Of a stretch of 51,601 nt of DNA, positions 1 through 8,899 are shown one piece after another. The position numbers were made by a program, and so were the translations under genes. The stretch covers positions 91,638-143,238 of the IMG/VR virus record IMGVR_UViG_2854395284_000002; one strand, written 5' to 3'. Source of the stretch: a virus. Its lineage: Duplodnaviria; Heunggongvirae; Uroviricota; Caudoviricetes. Each line of letters opens with the position of its first letter. Positions within the stretch are counted from its first letter, which is position 1. The notes under the pieces are model-generated. The model had not been told where the DNA came from, ran no database searches, and saw nothing but the letters and a program-made list of their open reading frames with translations.

Positions 1-37
1 TGATACTTAACTTTTTGTTTTACCTTGAATAAATGTG

Positions 38-271
38 TTAAATTTGCCATAATTTTTTATCTCCGTTTCTTGGGTCAATATAATCATCGCCATATTCTTC
101 TTGATCTTCTTTATTGTAGATAATGCTTACATCACATTTTGGAATGTTATATTTATTATCATGTTTCCATTCTGTGAATAGTTTTCGTGCTTCATTTTCA
201 CTTGTTGCACAAAACTGAATCGACCCATAGCCATCTACATTTTCATCATAACAAAATTGATATGTATACAT
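38..271 (-). CDS. hypothetical protein (77 aa)
   Basis: ORF with GGAGG RBS, co-oriented with array. Confidence 0.75.
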   Translation of the reverse strand: MYTYQFCYDENVDGYGSIQFCATSENEARKLFTEWKHDNKYNIPKCDVSIIYNKEDQEEYGDDYIDPRNGDKKLWQI

Positions 272-300
272 ACATTTAGTCCTCCGTTATAAAAATAATT

Positions 301-696
301 CTATAATATAAAGTGCAATTTTGTTCCAGTAATTTTTCCATTTTTATATGATGAATCAAGTAATCTATATAATCCTGTTTCTTTTTCTTTTCCATTGTAG
401 CTTTCTAGAAAATCTTTATAATTACCTTCATACATCTCATTATAAATTTCATCAAAATCATGATTATCCACATCTCCAGTTACCTCAACATAACCGCCTT
501 TCTCTTTGTAAGACACATTATGTAACAATACAACTTCATCACTGTTAATTGTATTTTGAATATCGGCATATGCTTTAAGTAACATGCCTTTCTTACCACA
601 AACATCAAAATCAAAATAATATGCATCTAGTTCTAATGTTCCTTGTATATAATCCTCGTATACTTGCTCTTTAATTTCGCTTTTTGTATATAGCAT
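301..696 (-). CDS. hypothetical acidic protein (131 aa)
   Basis: ORF with GGAGG RBS. Confidence 0.75.
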   Translation of the reverse strand: MLYTKSEIKEQVYEDYIQGTLELDAYYFDFDVCGKKGMLLKAYADIQNTINSDEVVLLHNVSYKEKGGYVEVTGDVDNHDFDEIYNEMYEGNYKDFLESYNGKEKETGLYRLLDSSYKNGKITGTKLHFIL

Positions 697-769
697 ATAA
701 TAACCTCCACTTTTTCATATTTGGTTTTATCTGTGTTATAATACTATTTAAATCTCCGTTTTTTATGTA

Positions 770-963
770 TTATCTTTGTTTTATATATACGTTCTCCATA
801 TTTTCGATCCGTCCACATAGTAAGTTCAATACTAATTTCAATTTTTCCATATCATCATATTCGAACGCCAATATAAGACCTTTAATTGTTTTATTTCTAT
901 ATTCTTCATCATCATATACATTCTGACAAACATGAGCAAATTCTTTCTGCTAACTTTTCGTCA
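770..963 (-). pseudogene. possibly frameshifted small gene (...EKLAERICSCLS/VYDDEEYRNK/TIKGLILAFEYDD...KQR*)
   Basis: Protein-like segments in three frames joined by single-A indels; stop followed by a degenerate junction palindrome at 748. Confidence 0.35.
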
Positions 964-1248
964 TTCGCTTCTTTTTTCCCAGTCATACACCGGAATGTCA
1001 TCAATAACATCTGCGTCTCTATCCATTCGGATCAAGTCAATTCCATTTATCCATGCATACTGAAGTAAGATCCGTAAATCTTTTGGCATATCACTGATGT
1101 TAGTTTCTTTTTGAGCTGGTACACTGATAAAAACACCTTCTTCATATTCATAAGTATATGGTGGCTCCATGGCATTGAGTCCTTCAAACGTTTTCTGTTT
1201 TAAATGTGCCGTGCTAATTTCTAGATATTTTCTTTCATTTGTTTTCAT
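961..1248 (-). CDS. DUF5983-like protein
   Basis: STAHL...YEEG.FI.VP...P.DL..LL.YA...G..LIRMDRDA..I.DIPVYDW pattern. Confidence 0.6.
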   Translation of the reverse strand: MKTNERKYLEISTAHLKQKTFEGLNAMEPPYTYEYEEGVFISVPAQKETNISDMPKDLRILLQYAWINGIDLIRMDRDADVIDDIPVYDWEKRSE

Positions 1249-1301
1249 ATTTTGATTCTCCCTTCTGAAATCCTTGTTTCATTTTTCTATTATTCTCCAA
1301 C

Positions 1302-1336
1302 AAAAAGGAACCATACACTATTTTGTATGATTCCTT
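1302..1336 (-). terminator. probable intrinsic terminator
   Basis: AAGGAA.CATACA / TGTATG.TTCCTT stem with a U-tract on the minus strand. Confidence 0.55.
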
Positions 1337-1360
1337 CGTTAATTTTATTCTGGCAATATT

Positions 1361-1585
1361 TTATAAGTTAATTGGTTCATCATTCTCATCATATTCAATC
1401 GGATAAATCTTCGCTGCATAACCAATATTTTTTAATTTATCATAAATTTCCATTGTAATTGTTTCGCCACCTACTGACCATTCAAGCGAAAATCTACTAT
1501 CATTGTTTTCAATGATTTCAATCAAATGATCTAATAATTCTTCTGTATTACTTGCCCTTTCCTTCTGTTTATCAATATTATTCAT
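1361..1585 (-). CDS. hypothetical protein (74 aa)
   Basis: Start moved to MNNIDK, where the AGAGG RBS lies. Confidence 0.7.
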   Translation of the reverse strand: MNNIDKQKERASNTEELLDHLIEIIENNDSRFSLEWSVGGETITMEIYDKLKNIGYAAKIYPIEYDENDEPINL

Positions 1586-1694
1586 AATCAAACCTCTTTT
1601 CATGAATCAAATTACACCATATACAAAATCGCATGTTATTTGCAGAATAAAGATGTCTTCCACATTTGTTACATCTTTGCCTTATCATAACCAT
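1578..1694 (-). CDS. 38-aa CxxC...CxxC zinc-ribbon microprotein (MVMIRQRCNKCGRHLYSANNMRFCIWCNLIHEKRFDYE)
   Basis: Hand-translated; GGAGG RBS directly after the junction palindrome at 1710; below the ORF-track cutoff. Confidence 0.6.
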   Translation of the reverse strand: MVMIRQRCNKCGRHLYSANNMRFCIWCNLIHEKRFDYE

Positions 1695-1722
1695 AAAATA
1701 GAACCTCCTTGAAATGTGCTTT

Positions 1723-1986
1723 TCATTGTGTTATTCTCGCATATTTTAATGGATATTTCGAAAAATCCAAATATTCAGAATTATATACACTAGGAATAAA
1801 TTTTCTAAAATCATCATAGTACCATGCTTTCCATAATTCTGTTCCGGTCTTTGCAAATTCCCTAGTGGCTTCTTGAAATGCGTCATATAACGTCATGTTA
1901 TATACTTCCATATTTTCTTTTGTTCTTTCTTTTACCTTTTTAGGAACTCTACCAATTATCAAATCATCGTCATAAAACATATTCAT
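1723..1986 (-). CDS. hypothetical protein (87 aa)
   Basis: AGGAG RBS before MNMFY; TGA stop is part of the palindrome at 1710. Confidence 0.7.
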   Translation of the reverse strand: MNMFYDDDLIIGRVPKKVKERTKENMEVYNMTLYDAFQEATREFAKTGTELWKAWYYDDFRKFIPSVYNSEYLDFSKYPLKYARITQ

Positions 1987-2015
1987 ACTCCTTTTTTTAT
2001 GAGAAGTTTTCATTG

Positions 2016-2219
2016 CTATTTTACTTTGTCCAATCCAAATAAAGCATCAGGAAAACTTCTCTTTATTTCTTCAAAATTTTCAAAGCAATCTGCATATCTA
2101 TCTGTGCCATCTTCTATGTTCAATACGAGAAAACTTCTATCTCCATCATTCCATAATGTTCTTGCATCATGTTCTGAAATAATATCAAACCATTTTGAAA
2201 AATATTCTTCTGTAAACAT
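2016..2219 (-). CDS. hypothetical protein (67 aa)
   Basis: ORF with GGAGG RBS. Confidence 0.7.
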   Translation of the reverse strand: MFTEEYFSKWFDIISEHDARTLWNDGDRSFLVLNIEDGTDRYADCFENFEEIKRSFPDALFGLDKVK

Positions 2220-2290
2220 TTCAATTCCTCCAATCTTTTAATTTATTAGTTTATCAAACCCTATCTTATTATTCTCTGTCTTGTTGTACT

Positions 2291-2323
2291 AAAAAAGCAG
2301 ATAACTTTTTCGTCACCTGCTTT
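2291..2323 (-). terminator. probable intrinsic terminator
   Basis: AAAGCAG...CTGCTTT stem plus U-tract. Confidence 0.45.
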
Positions 2324-2474
2324 CCTTAAATATTACGAAACTGCATCTCCGTATCATTTCATAATCTCTACATCCTTTATAATTATCACACATCCAATTA
2401 TAAATCTCTGTATCAGACATATTATGAAATTTTAGAATATGTTTTCTGCATTCATCTAAGATATATCCTTCCAT
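2313..2474 (-). CDS. hypothetical protein (53 aa, MEGYILDECRKH...)
   Basis: Hand-translated, GAGGAG RBS. Confidence 0.6.
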   Translation of the reverse strand: MEGYILDECRKHILKFHNMSDTEIYNWMCDNYKGCRDYEMIRRCSFVIFKESR

Positions 2475-2477
2475 ATT

Positions 2478-2645
2478 TTACTCCTCAATTTCTTCAACAT
2501 CACTTTCATCATAATGAGTATCTGCTATTGGAATACATCTATCAGATTCCAATTTTTCTTCCGCTATTCTAAGTGCTTCAGTTTCATTTTCTGCCTCTAC
2601 TTCATATTCTTCATATGTTGTAAATGTCACACTATACTTCTTCAT
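2478..2645 (-). CDS. hypothetical acidic protein (55 aa, MKKYSVTFTTYEEYEVEAENETEA...), DpnD/PcfM-like pattern
   Basis: Hand-translated, GGAGG RBS. Confidence 0.6.
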   Translation of the reverse strand: MKKYSVTFTTYEEYEVEAENETEALRIAEEKLESDRCIPIADTHYDESDVEEIEE

Positions 2646-2647
2646 AA

Positions 2648-2854
2648 TCATTCCTCCATCATTTCTTTAAATTCTATCCAACTTTCAAAAGACTCTTCCA
2701 ATCCTCTCGATCGAATGGTTTCCATTTCGTCTTCTGTCATTTCATAATTTTTATCTTCACAATATTGTTGGACTGTATCATGCTCTGCTTCTAACCACTT
2801 ATCATCGTCTTCAATTTTATCGACTTCTACTAATAATTTATCAAGTTCATTCAT
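2648..2854 (-). CDS. hypothetical acidic protein (68 aa)
   Basis: GGAGG RBS before MNELDK. Confidence 0.7.
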   Translation of the reverse strand: MNELDKLLVEVDKIEDDDKWLEAEHDTVQQYCEDKNYEMTEDEMETIRSRGLEESFESWIEFKEMMEE

Positions 2855-2948
2855 AGTAGTCAACCTCCAATTCATGTCAACAATCAATAAAGAAAATCGT
2901 TCCGTTAAATATTTATTCTCTCTTTTTTTAATGAAATTTCCGTTTCAA

Positions 2949-3101
2949 TTATATTCCAAACGCCATAAATACAATCGCACACAGCAGCATACCAAATGCT
3001 GTAAGTGCTAAAGCTCCTTTAATTGTCAAGTTAACTCTTGACATATGGCTTCCCATGTACCAACATGTCAAACTAATTAATGCACATGTAATTCCTCTCA
3101 T
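2949..3101 (-). CDS. small membrane protein (50 aa)
   Basis: Hand-translated hydrophobic ORF; stop lies just upstream of the palindrome at 2932. Confidence 0.55.
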   Translation of the reverse strand: MRGITCALISLTCWYMGSHMSRVNLTIKGALALTAFGMLLCAIVFMAFGI

Positions 3102-3229
3102 TTTTTATCTCCTTTGTTCTTAAATATTTTGTCATAAACTTCTTTATAGAATTGAATATCCTGTGCTGTTGCTCTTTTTACTTTCTCTATACAATTTTGT
3201 AAAAAAGCCAAACTTTCTTCCTTATTCAA
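3098..3229 (-). CDS. hypothetical protein (43 aa, TTG start)
   Basis: GGAGG RBS after the palindrome at 3242; ATGA overlap with the next gene. Confidence 0.55.
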   Translation of the reverse strand: MNKEESLAFLQNCIEKVKRATAQDIQFYKEVYDKIFKNKGDKK

Positions 3230-3258
3230 ATGTTTTCCTCCTGATACTTTCCGTTTCA

Positions 3259-3573
3259 TTACAACTCATAATCTCTGCATAAATCCAACACTGTATCAAT
3301 AATATTCTGTACGGAATCAATTCCATACCCGCTTAACATATCGAACGAAACATTGTCAGATGCGTATACTAAATCACAATAATGACACCACCCATCTTCT
3401 TCGTTATTAACAAATGTAATCTCAAGATTCACTTCGTTTGTTAATGGATATTGCCAAGCTCTGTCATCAAATGATATTGGTCTATTTCCATTTCCGCTCC
3501 ACATTTCAGGGTTCATCTGATTAAAAAAATTTTTTACAATTTTTTCTGCCGTTTCTCTTTTCATTATCATCAC
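3259..3573 (-). CDS. hypothetical protein (about 100 aa)
   Basis: ORF bounded by palindromes on both sides. Confidence 0.75.
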   Translation of the reverse strand: MMIMKRETAEKIVKNFFNQMNPEMWSGNGNRPISFDDRAWQYPLTNEVNLEITFVNNEEDGWCHYCDLVYASDNVSFDMLSGYGIDSVQNIIDTVLDLCRDYEL

Positions 3574-3600
3574 TCCTAATTTTGAATTTTCTATTTCATT

Positions 3601-3795
3601 CTAATAAAAACATAAGACACCATCATATAAGTCCGGTGTAAATTCCTCAATTCCCCATCGTGTAATATCTAATGGCAATCCTAAAGTTTCTAATAATTCT
3701 TTTCTTTGACATTTCATTTTTTCAAATGCATCGTTTTCATTATCTGCATAGACAACACATCCGAAATTCTCTTGTGCTAAATAAAATACTTTCAT
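3601..3795 (-). CDS. hypothetical protein (64 aa)
   Basis: GGAGG RBS before MKVFY. Confidence 0.7.
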   Translation of the reverse strand: MKVFYLAQENFGCVVYADNENDAFEKMKCQRKELLETLGLPLDITRWGIEEFTPDLYDGVLCFY

Positions 3796-3822
3796 ATTGC
3801 TTTCCTCCACATAAATTTGTTT

Positions 3823-4161
3823 TCATAGATTTATTTTATCCTTGCATAAGTTATAAATAATTCCTCGTAGATCTTCAATTTCTGTTTCCGAAAGATATTC
3901 GCTTCTGTTAGTCTCCGGAATGTCATAAATATTACAACTATCATTTTCAAACCATATTTCAAAAATATAATACCATATTCCATTATCACAATTGTATTCA
4001 CAGTGGATAAAATATGAATTTCCATCTTTATCAATCAACTCTCCATCACCAATGTCCAATGCAAAAGAAGTATCATCATTCCAATATGAATTGCATTTGA
4101 ATTTTCTTCCATTTCCCCAATCTATTTCATAAAGGAGATTTTCGGTTTCTATATATTTCAT
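3823..4161 (-). CDS. hypothetical acidic protein (112 aa)
   Basis: AGGAG RBS; bounded by palindromes. Confidence 0.75.
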   Translation of the reverse strand: MKYIETENLLYEIDWGNGRKFKCNSYWNDDTSFALDIGDGELIDKDGNSYFIHCEYNCDNGIWYYIFEIWFENDSCNIYDIPETNRSEYLSETEIEDLRGIIYNLCKDKINL

Positions 4162-4192
4162 TTCTATCACTCCTAATTTTGAAATCTACGTT

Positions 4193-4411
4193 TCATTTAG
4201 CTGCTTCTATTACAATGGTAGAATCTTGTGTTGTGATATACTTTATTTTCATATCAAGAATACGATCCAATGGTTTATTAAAACCGTCTCTTTTTGTGCA
4301 AAAAATCAATTCTGCTCCATCACCATATTGCTTTCCGTCTGAGCAATCATAAATATCATAATTACAATTACAATCAAAATCATCATTATAAACTAAATCG
4401 CCAACAACCAT
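4193..4411 (-). CDS. hypothetical protein (72 aa)
   Basis: GGAGG RBS; TGA stop inside the palindrome. Confidence 0.7.
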   Translation of the reverse strand: MVVGDLVYNDDFDCNCNYDIYDCSDGKQYGDGAELIFCTKRDGFNKPLDRILDMKIKYITTQDSTIVIEAAK

Positions 4412-4617
4412 TCTTGTATCCTCCGATCATCAATTTCTTGTTTCTCTTTTTCGTGGATCTGTTCAAGCTCTTCATAAGTTACAGTTCGAGAATTATAACC
4501 TATACTTCTATAATATTTGGTATAATGATTTGCATTCTCTCTATCACAGCTTGTACATGTTTTTATAAATCCAGTATGCTTTTCTGTTGCAATCACGCAG
4601 ACAACATTATCTTCCAT
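4393..4617 (-). CDS. hypothetical protein (74 aa)
   Basis: GAGG RBS. Confidence 0.65.
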   Translation of the reverse strand: MEDNVVCVIATEKHTGFIKTCTSCDRENANHYTKYYRSIGYNSRTVTYEELEQIHEKEKQEIDDRRIQEWLLAI

Positions 4618-4675
4618 AATTGTTTCCTCTCTTTTCTCTTTCCGTTTTCGTTTCTGAAATCATCGTTTCTTATGG

Positions 4676-4963
4676 CTAAATAAATTCTTCAACATATCCC
4701 ATCGCTAATACATCTTGCATATAATTATAAAAATTTCTAGTTACAATTATTTTTTCAGGCGAATAAATAATATGTCTTTCATCGTATAATCTGTTTAGAA
4801 TTTCAATTTCTTCTTCATCCATTTTTGAATAGCTCCATCCTTGACATGCATTTTTTATTGAATAGTCTATATACGGATATAATCTAAGTTCCTTTTGTGA
4901 AATTGTTCTATCCAAGAATGCCACCGCTTTTTCTTGAATGCTATCTGTTAGTATTCCTCTCAT
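4676..4963 (-). CDS. hypothetical protein (95 aa)
   Basis: AGAGG RBS; bounded by palindromes. Confidence 0.7.
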   Translation of the reverse strand: MRGILTDSIQEKAVAFLDRTISQKELRLYPYIDYSIKNACQGWSYSKMDEEEIEILNRLYDERHIIYSPEKIIVTRNFYNYMQDVLAMGYVEEFI

Positions 4964-4991
4964 ATAAAAACCTCTCTTTCCTAGTAAATCC

Positions 4992-5894
4992 TCATTTCAT
5001 TGTCTCAATTTTTATTAATGGTTTTATTCTTCTCCTACCAACATTTTTCCCTTGTCGTTTAAGTAACGATAAAGTTTTATTATATGTTTCAACATCTATA
5101 ATTGGCTCAAAATTTCCTTTATAAGTTTCTCCACAAAAAATATTGTACCCACAATATTGTGTTCGTGTAAGAATTTTTTGAACACTATAAGCTGTTGGAA
5201 CTTTGCCTCTCTTACCTTTAAATCCTCTTTCTCTTGCTTCTTTCGCAACTTCTGATAAATTTTTTCTTAACGAATACTCAGAAAAACAAAAACGCACATA
5301 TTCTGCTTCTTTTTTATTGATTTTAAATGAATCCTTTCCATCTAAATCATATCCTAATATTTCAGAACAAGTACGTTTTCCTTGTGCGGCTCTCTCTGCC
5401 ATAGCTGCACTAACTCTTTCACTTGTTAATTCTCTTTCTAGCTGTGCGAATACACCAACAATGCCAATCATTGCTCTACCCATTGGAGTAGATGTATCAA
5501 AAGCTTCAGTATATGAAACCATAGATATATTCCATTGTTGGAATTTTTCCATTGTCGAATATAAATCCGATACACTTCTTGTAAATCTACTAAGTGCCCA
5601 AAATAAAACTAAATCAAATTTCCCATTTTTTGCATCATATAATAATCTATTTATATCTGGTCTATGTTCAATATCCTTCCCTGAAATTCCTTTGTCTGCA
5701 TACAAATCATAAACATTATATTTCCGTTCCTCACACCATTTCCTAAGCGTTTTTTCTTGTGCATCTAAAGAATATCCTTCACGGGCTTGATCGAGTGTGC
5801 TTACACGTATATATATTGCTACTTCTTCAATTGGGACTAATATCGTTTTCTTAAAAACCATTTCCGTTGTAATTGCGTAATATTTCTTTTTCAT
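4992..5894 (-). CDS. serine recombinase (resolvase catalytic domain plus recombinase domain, no C-terminal zinc ribbon)
   Basis: AIYIRVST catalytic motif, SRFTRS, GIVGVFAQLERELTSER, LGYD, and L..RG..GKRG...T..SV..IL...QYCG...EPIID. Confidence 0.9.
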   Translation of the reverse strand: MKKKYYAITTEMVFKKTILVPIEEVAIYIRVSTLDQAREGYSLDAQEKTLRKWCEERKYNVYDLYADKGISGKDIEHRPDINRLLYDAKNGKFDLVLFWALSRFTRSVSDLYSTMEKFQQWNISMVSYTEAFDTSTPMGRAMIGIVGVFAQLERELTSERVSAAMAERAAQGKRTCSEILGYDLDGKDSFKINKKEAEYVRFCFSEYSLRKNLSEVAKEARERGFKGKRGKVPTAYSVQKILTRTQYCGYNIFCGETYKGNFEPIIDVETYNKTLSLLKRQGKNVGRRRIKPLIKIETMK

Positions 5895-5899
5895 AAAAA

Positions 5900-6053
5900 C
5901 TATCTCCTTTCCTGAAATTCATATACAGAAAATACTTTTCTCTTCTTTTCAGTTACAAGGATTTTCCGCAATTTTCACTGCCTGTTCCTTTGTTTTTGCG
6001 TCTACAGATATACCTAATTCTTCATTTTCAAAACCAACACACCATGTTTTCAT
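5900..6053 (-). pseudogene. small gene with a +1 frameshift in an A-run (MKTWCVGFENEELG...KIAE/ILVTEKKRKVFSVYEFQERR*)
   Basis: 154 nt from ATG (with RBS) to TAG; removing one A of GAAAAT restores a 50-aa ORF. Confidence 0.5.
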
Positions 6054-6082
6054 ATTATTTTCTCCTTTGAAATTGCTATTTC

Positions 6083-6427
6083 TTAACAATAAAGCTCCCA
6101 TCCTTTTCTTTGACTTCCAAGTTTCCGTTCAATTACAATACTTTCACCTTCACCTATTAAATATCCTTCTCTGCAAATTTCTGTATCTCCTAAACGAATC
6201 CATGGATAAATATAAAATTGCGTGATCTCTTTATAATTTGATAGATCATCTTTAAATCCATTTTCTCTGTTTTCTTTCAAGCATTCCTTCCAGATCTTTT
6301 CAAATTCAGTTCTACATTTCCGCTTAGACATTCGATTTGACTTAGTAACCTCATTTCCAGCATAATAATAACCACCTTCTGCTGGTTCATAAATCGGATA
6401 TTCTGAATAAAATGTTAGATATCTCAT
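6083..6427 (-). CDS. hypothetical protein (114 aa, YEPAEGGYY motif)
   Basis: ORF with RBS. Confidence 0.75.
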   Translation of the reverse strand: MRYLTFYSEYPIYEPAEGGYYYAGNEVTKSNRMSKRKCRTEFEKIWKECLKENRENGFKDDLSNYKEITQFYIYPWIRLGDTEICREGYLIGEGESIVIERKLGSQRKGWELYC

Positions 6428-6450
6428 ATTATTTTCCTTCTCTCACACAA

Positions 6451-6648
6451 TCATTCTGCTTCTATTTCCATCAGATCCGCAAATCCGCCATCGTAATTCT
6501 GTTTCCACGACCTATAAACTCCGTTTGTATCACGAAACTCTAAGTAATACGCTTCTCTCCATTCCCACGGCTCCTGCCATACAATCTCTTTAATTGTACA
6601 TACAATTCCTTGGCAATGAACTACATCACCTGGTCTTAAATCTCTCAT
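6451..6648 (-). CDS. hypothetical protein (65 aa)
   Basis: AGGAG RBS before MRDLRPGD. Confidence 0.7.
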   Translation of the reverse strand: MRDLRPGDVVHCQGIVCTIKEIVWQEPWEWREAYYLEFRDTNGVYRSWKQNYDGGFADLMEIEAE

Positions 6649-6676
6649 TTTCTTTACTCCTTTTAAAATCTTAGTT

Positions 6677-6871
6677 TCAACCGATACTGTCATATCCTGT
6701 TTCAATTACCCTATTTCCATATTCATCTTCCAAATCATATCCTCTGTATGATTTTCCAATCACTTTAACTTTTGTTCCTTTTTCGAAATAGCCTGCACAA
6801 CTATCAACCTTTTTTATTGTAGTTGCCCAATCACCAATTTCAAACCCGTTTTTATTTTTTACATATGTCAT
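6677..6871 (-). CDS. small beta-rich (SH3/KOW-like) protein (64 aa)
   Basis: FEIGD...FEKGTKVKVIG pattern. Confidence 0.6.
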   Translation of the reverse strand: MTYVKNKNGFEIGDWATTIKKVDSCAGYFEKGTKVKVIGKSYRGYDLEDEYGNRVIETGYDSIG

Positions 6872-6904
6872 ATCTTTATCGTCCTTTCTGTTGAAATGCG
6901 AGTT

Positions 6905-7510
6905 TTAAACGCCCATTGTTCCGTCAAAATAATCATTTACACCTTCAAAATAATCTTCATTTGATTGTTCTTGATGAATAAGTTTCTGTGTCTCTGCAAT
7001 TTTAATATTCCCACATTTAATCAATGAAACAAAATCCTCTGTATAATAATCGGCACTATTTGCAACACTGTCATCTGATTCAACAGGTATAAGAACAATT
7101 TTGTAGTTCTGTTTAATTTCTCTATTCCATCTTTCTTCCACCTTGCATAATGTGTCTTTAAATTCGTTTCCATTTAAGAAAAATCCAAAACCACATCTTA
7201 TATTCAACGGAGCAATAAATCGCACGTTTTCAACCCCGTCGGTCATGATAGCTTGGCATAAATCATCTGAAGTAATCCGTTCTCCATTTTCAATTTTCTC
7301 TTTTAATTCTTTCATAGAGATCTTAATCCAATCATTGAGATAAATTGTGTTGCGATTCCAAGTAAAGAATTTTCCATTTTCATCTTCTCTGATTGTACGA
7401 TCATATGATTTTTGTGTTTTTGTATCTTCAACTGATACTTCATTATGAAAATCATCATTCCATACAAACACTCTAATTATTTCATTTCCACACTTATATT
7501 TATAAAACAT
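6905..7510 (-). CDS. hypothetical protein (201 aa)
   Basis: GGAGG RBS. Confidence 0.75.
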   Translation of the reverse strand: MFYKYKCGNEIIRVFVWNDDFHNEVSVEDTKTQKSYDRTIREDENGKFFTWNRNTIYLNDWIKISMKELKEKIENGERITSDDLCQAIMTDGVENVRFIAPLNIRCGFGFFLNGNEFKDTLCKVEERWNREIKQNYKIVLIPVESDDSVANSADYYTEDFVSLIKCGNIKIAETQKLIHQEQSNEDYFEGVNDYFDGTMGV

Positions 7511-7559
7511 GTCTATTTTCCTCCATTTTCATATGTCATCGTAAATGCGAATTTCTTGT

Positions 7560-7739
7560 TTATATATTATAATAATTTAATATCATCTGAAATGAATCAC
7601 TACTTACATATTCTGCAATATCCTTTTCATGTCTTCTTATTCTTTTTTCTAATAATTCTCTATTTTCAGGATGTGTTTGTAAAAATTCTTTATCTTGTTT
7701 ATATCTTGCTACAAGATGCTTCAATGTTACTCTTTCCAT
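7560..7739 (-). CDS. hypothetical protein (59 aa, MERVTLKHLVARYKQDKEFL...)
   Basis: Hand-translated; bounded by palindromes at 7541 and 7764. Confidence 0.6.
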   Translation of the reverse strand: MERVTLKHLVARYKQDKEFLQTHPENRELLEKRIRRHEKDIAEYVSSDSFQMILNYYNI

Positions 7740-7782
7740 ATTTATTCACATTATCCTTTCTAATGAAACACGCATTTTAATA

Positions 7783-8130
7783 TCAATTTTTTCTTCTGTC
7801 ATGCATGAATTTTATTACTTTTTCATGCGTTTCTGGTGTTCGTGGCATCTTATTTTTCTGCATATAACTTATAATTGCCTCCCAATCTTCCCAGGTTAAT
7901 GCATAATCGCAGCATTCGACGCCACAATTCATGCACATTACACCTCTGGTCTGAACAAAACATCTTCTTCCTAACTGTTCGTACTGTTCACTTTTCTCTT
8001 TTAATTCTGTTATTTCTGCTTCCGACTTCTTTTTCAGTTCCTGCAGTTCTGTTTTTAATTTTTCATTTTCAATTGTTGCATCGCTTGACAATGCAGCCTT
8101 AAATTCTTCAAGACTCATTCCTTTAGCCAT
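7783..8130 (-). CDS. coiled-coil plus Cys-cluster protein (115 aa)
   Basis: C..C...C.C motif. Confidence 0.7.
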   Translation of the reverse strand: MAKGMSLEEFKAALSSDATIENEKLKTELQELKKKSEAEITELKEKSEQYEQLGRRCFVQTRGVMCMNCGVECCDYALTWEDWEAIISYMQKNKMPRTPETHEKVIKFMHDRRKN

Positions 8131-8132
8131 GT

Positions 8133-8339
8133 TTATACATCCATTTCAATTCCAAACTCTTCATGCAACAGTTTTTCAAATTCCGGATCTCTCTTCACGT
8201 ATTCATCGAGGAATTCTTCTTCACTACATGGCGCAAGATCGAAATGCACATCTTCTCGAATATCATCATTCATATATGTGACGATTGCGTCCCAAAGATT
8301 TTTGTCTAAATCTAATTTTTCTCCATACCGTAACATCAC
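8133..8339 (-). CDS. AcrIC5-like anti-CRISPR candidate (68 aa)
   Basis: WDAIVTYMNDDIREDVH......EEEFLDEYV matches the remembered AcrIC5 pattern FDAAVNLMDAELREELH......DQEFLDAYV. Confidence 0.6.
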   Translation of the reverse strand: MMLRYGEKLDLDKNLWDAIVTYMNDDIREDVHFDLAPCSEEEFLDEYVKRDPEFEKLLHEEFGIEMDV

Positions 8340-8355
8340 AAGTTCTCCTTTTCAT

Positions 8356-8386
8356 AAAAATGAGGAACAAGATTTCTCTTGTCCCT
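8356..8386 (-). terminator. probable intrinsic terminator
   Basis: AGG.ACAAGA / TCTTGT.CCT stem plus U-tract. Confidence 0.45.
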
Positions 8387-8389
8387 TTA

Positions 8390-8563
8390 TTATTCTCTTT
8401 TTAAATTCGGACATAATCCAAGACCACCATCAATTTCTGGTAGCCTTCTATATGCATCTCTGTGAATACAATTTTCTCTTTTGCATTCCGGACAGTAACA
8501 TTTGATGTATTCTTCGTAACTCATTTTATAATTTGTTGTCGCAAACCATTCTCTTGTTGGCAT
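8390..8563 (-). CDS. Cys-rich microprotein (57 aa, C.C..C....C.HRDAYRRLPEIDGGLGLCP)
   Basis: Hand-translated, GAGG RBS. Confidence 0.6.
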   Translation of the reverse strand: MPTREWFATTNYKMSYEEYIKCYCPECKRENCIHRDAYRRLPEIDGGLGLCPNLKRE

Positions 8564-8566
8564 AAT

Positions 8567-8896
8567 TCATTCCTCACTTTCCATTGCTAACTCAATTAAC
8601 TCATAAACTTCATCTTTGTTGTCTAACATAAACTTTTTAAATCCGTCTTCATCGCTTTCTCTTCCGTCAATTAATCTTCCATCATCATCATGAATCCAAC
8701 GTTCCCACATTGTGTCTTCAACAATTGTTGCATTGATTCGCTTTCCTTTATATTCAATCTCAGGATCGTTCCATTCTCCATGCCATACAAATCCTACACT
8801 TGTAAGACCATACCAATCTGGAAGTTCTTTCATTTTTCTAAATAAAATTCCTTCAATGCTATTATCTCTTTCCAATGTACTAATCATATTTTTCAC
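8567..8896 (-). CDS. phage-type hypothetical protein (WHGEW.DPEIEY motif)
   Basis: ORF in array. Confidence 0.7.
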   Translation of the reverse strand: MKNMISTLERDNSIEGILFRKMKELPDWYGLTSVGFVWHGEWNDPEIEYKGKRINATIVEDTMWERWIHDDDGRLIDGRESDEDGFKKFMLDNKDEVYELIELAMESEE

Positions 8897-8899
8897 CTT

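Noticed and set aside
7560-7739. Apparent frameshift in the MERVTLKH gene
   Set aside because: Recounting the A-run (six) shows the 180-nt frame is intact.
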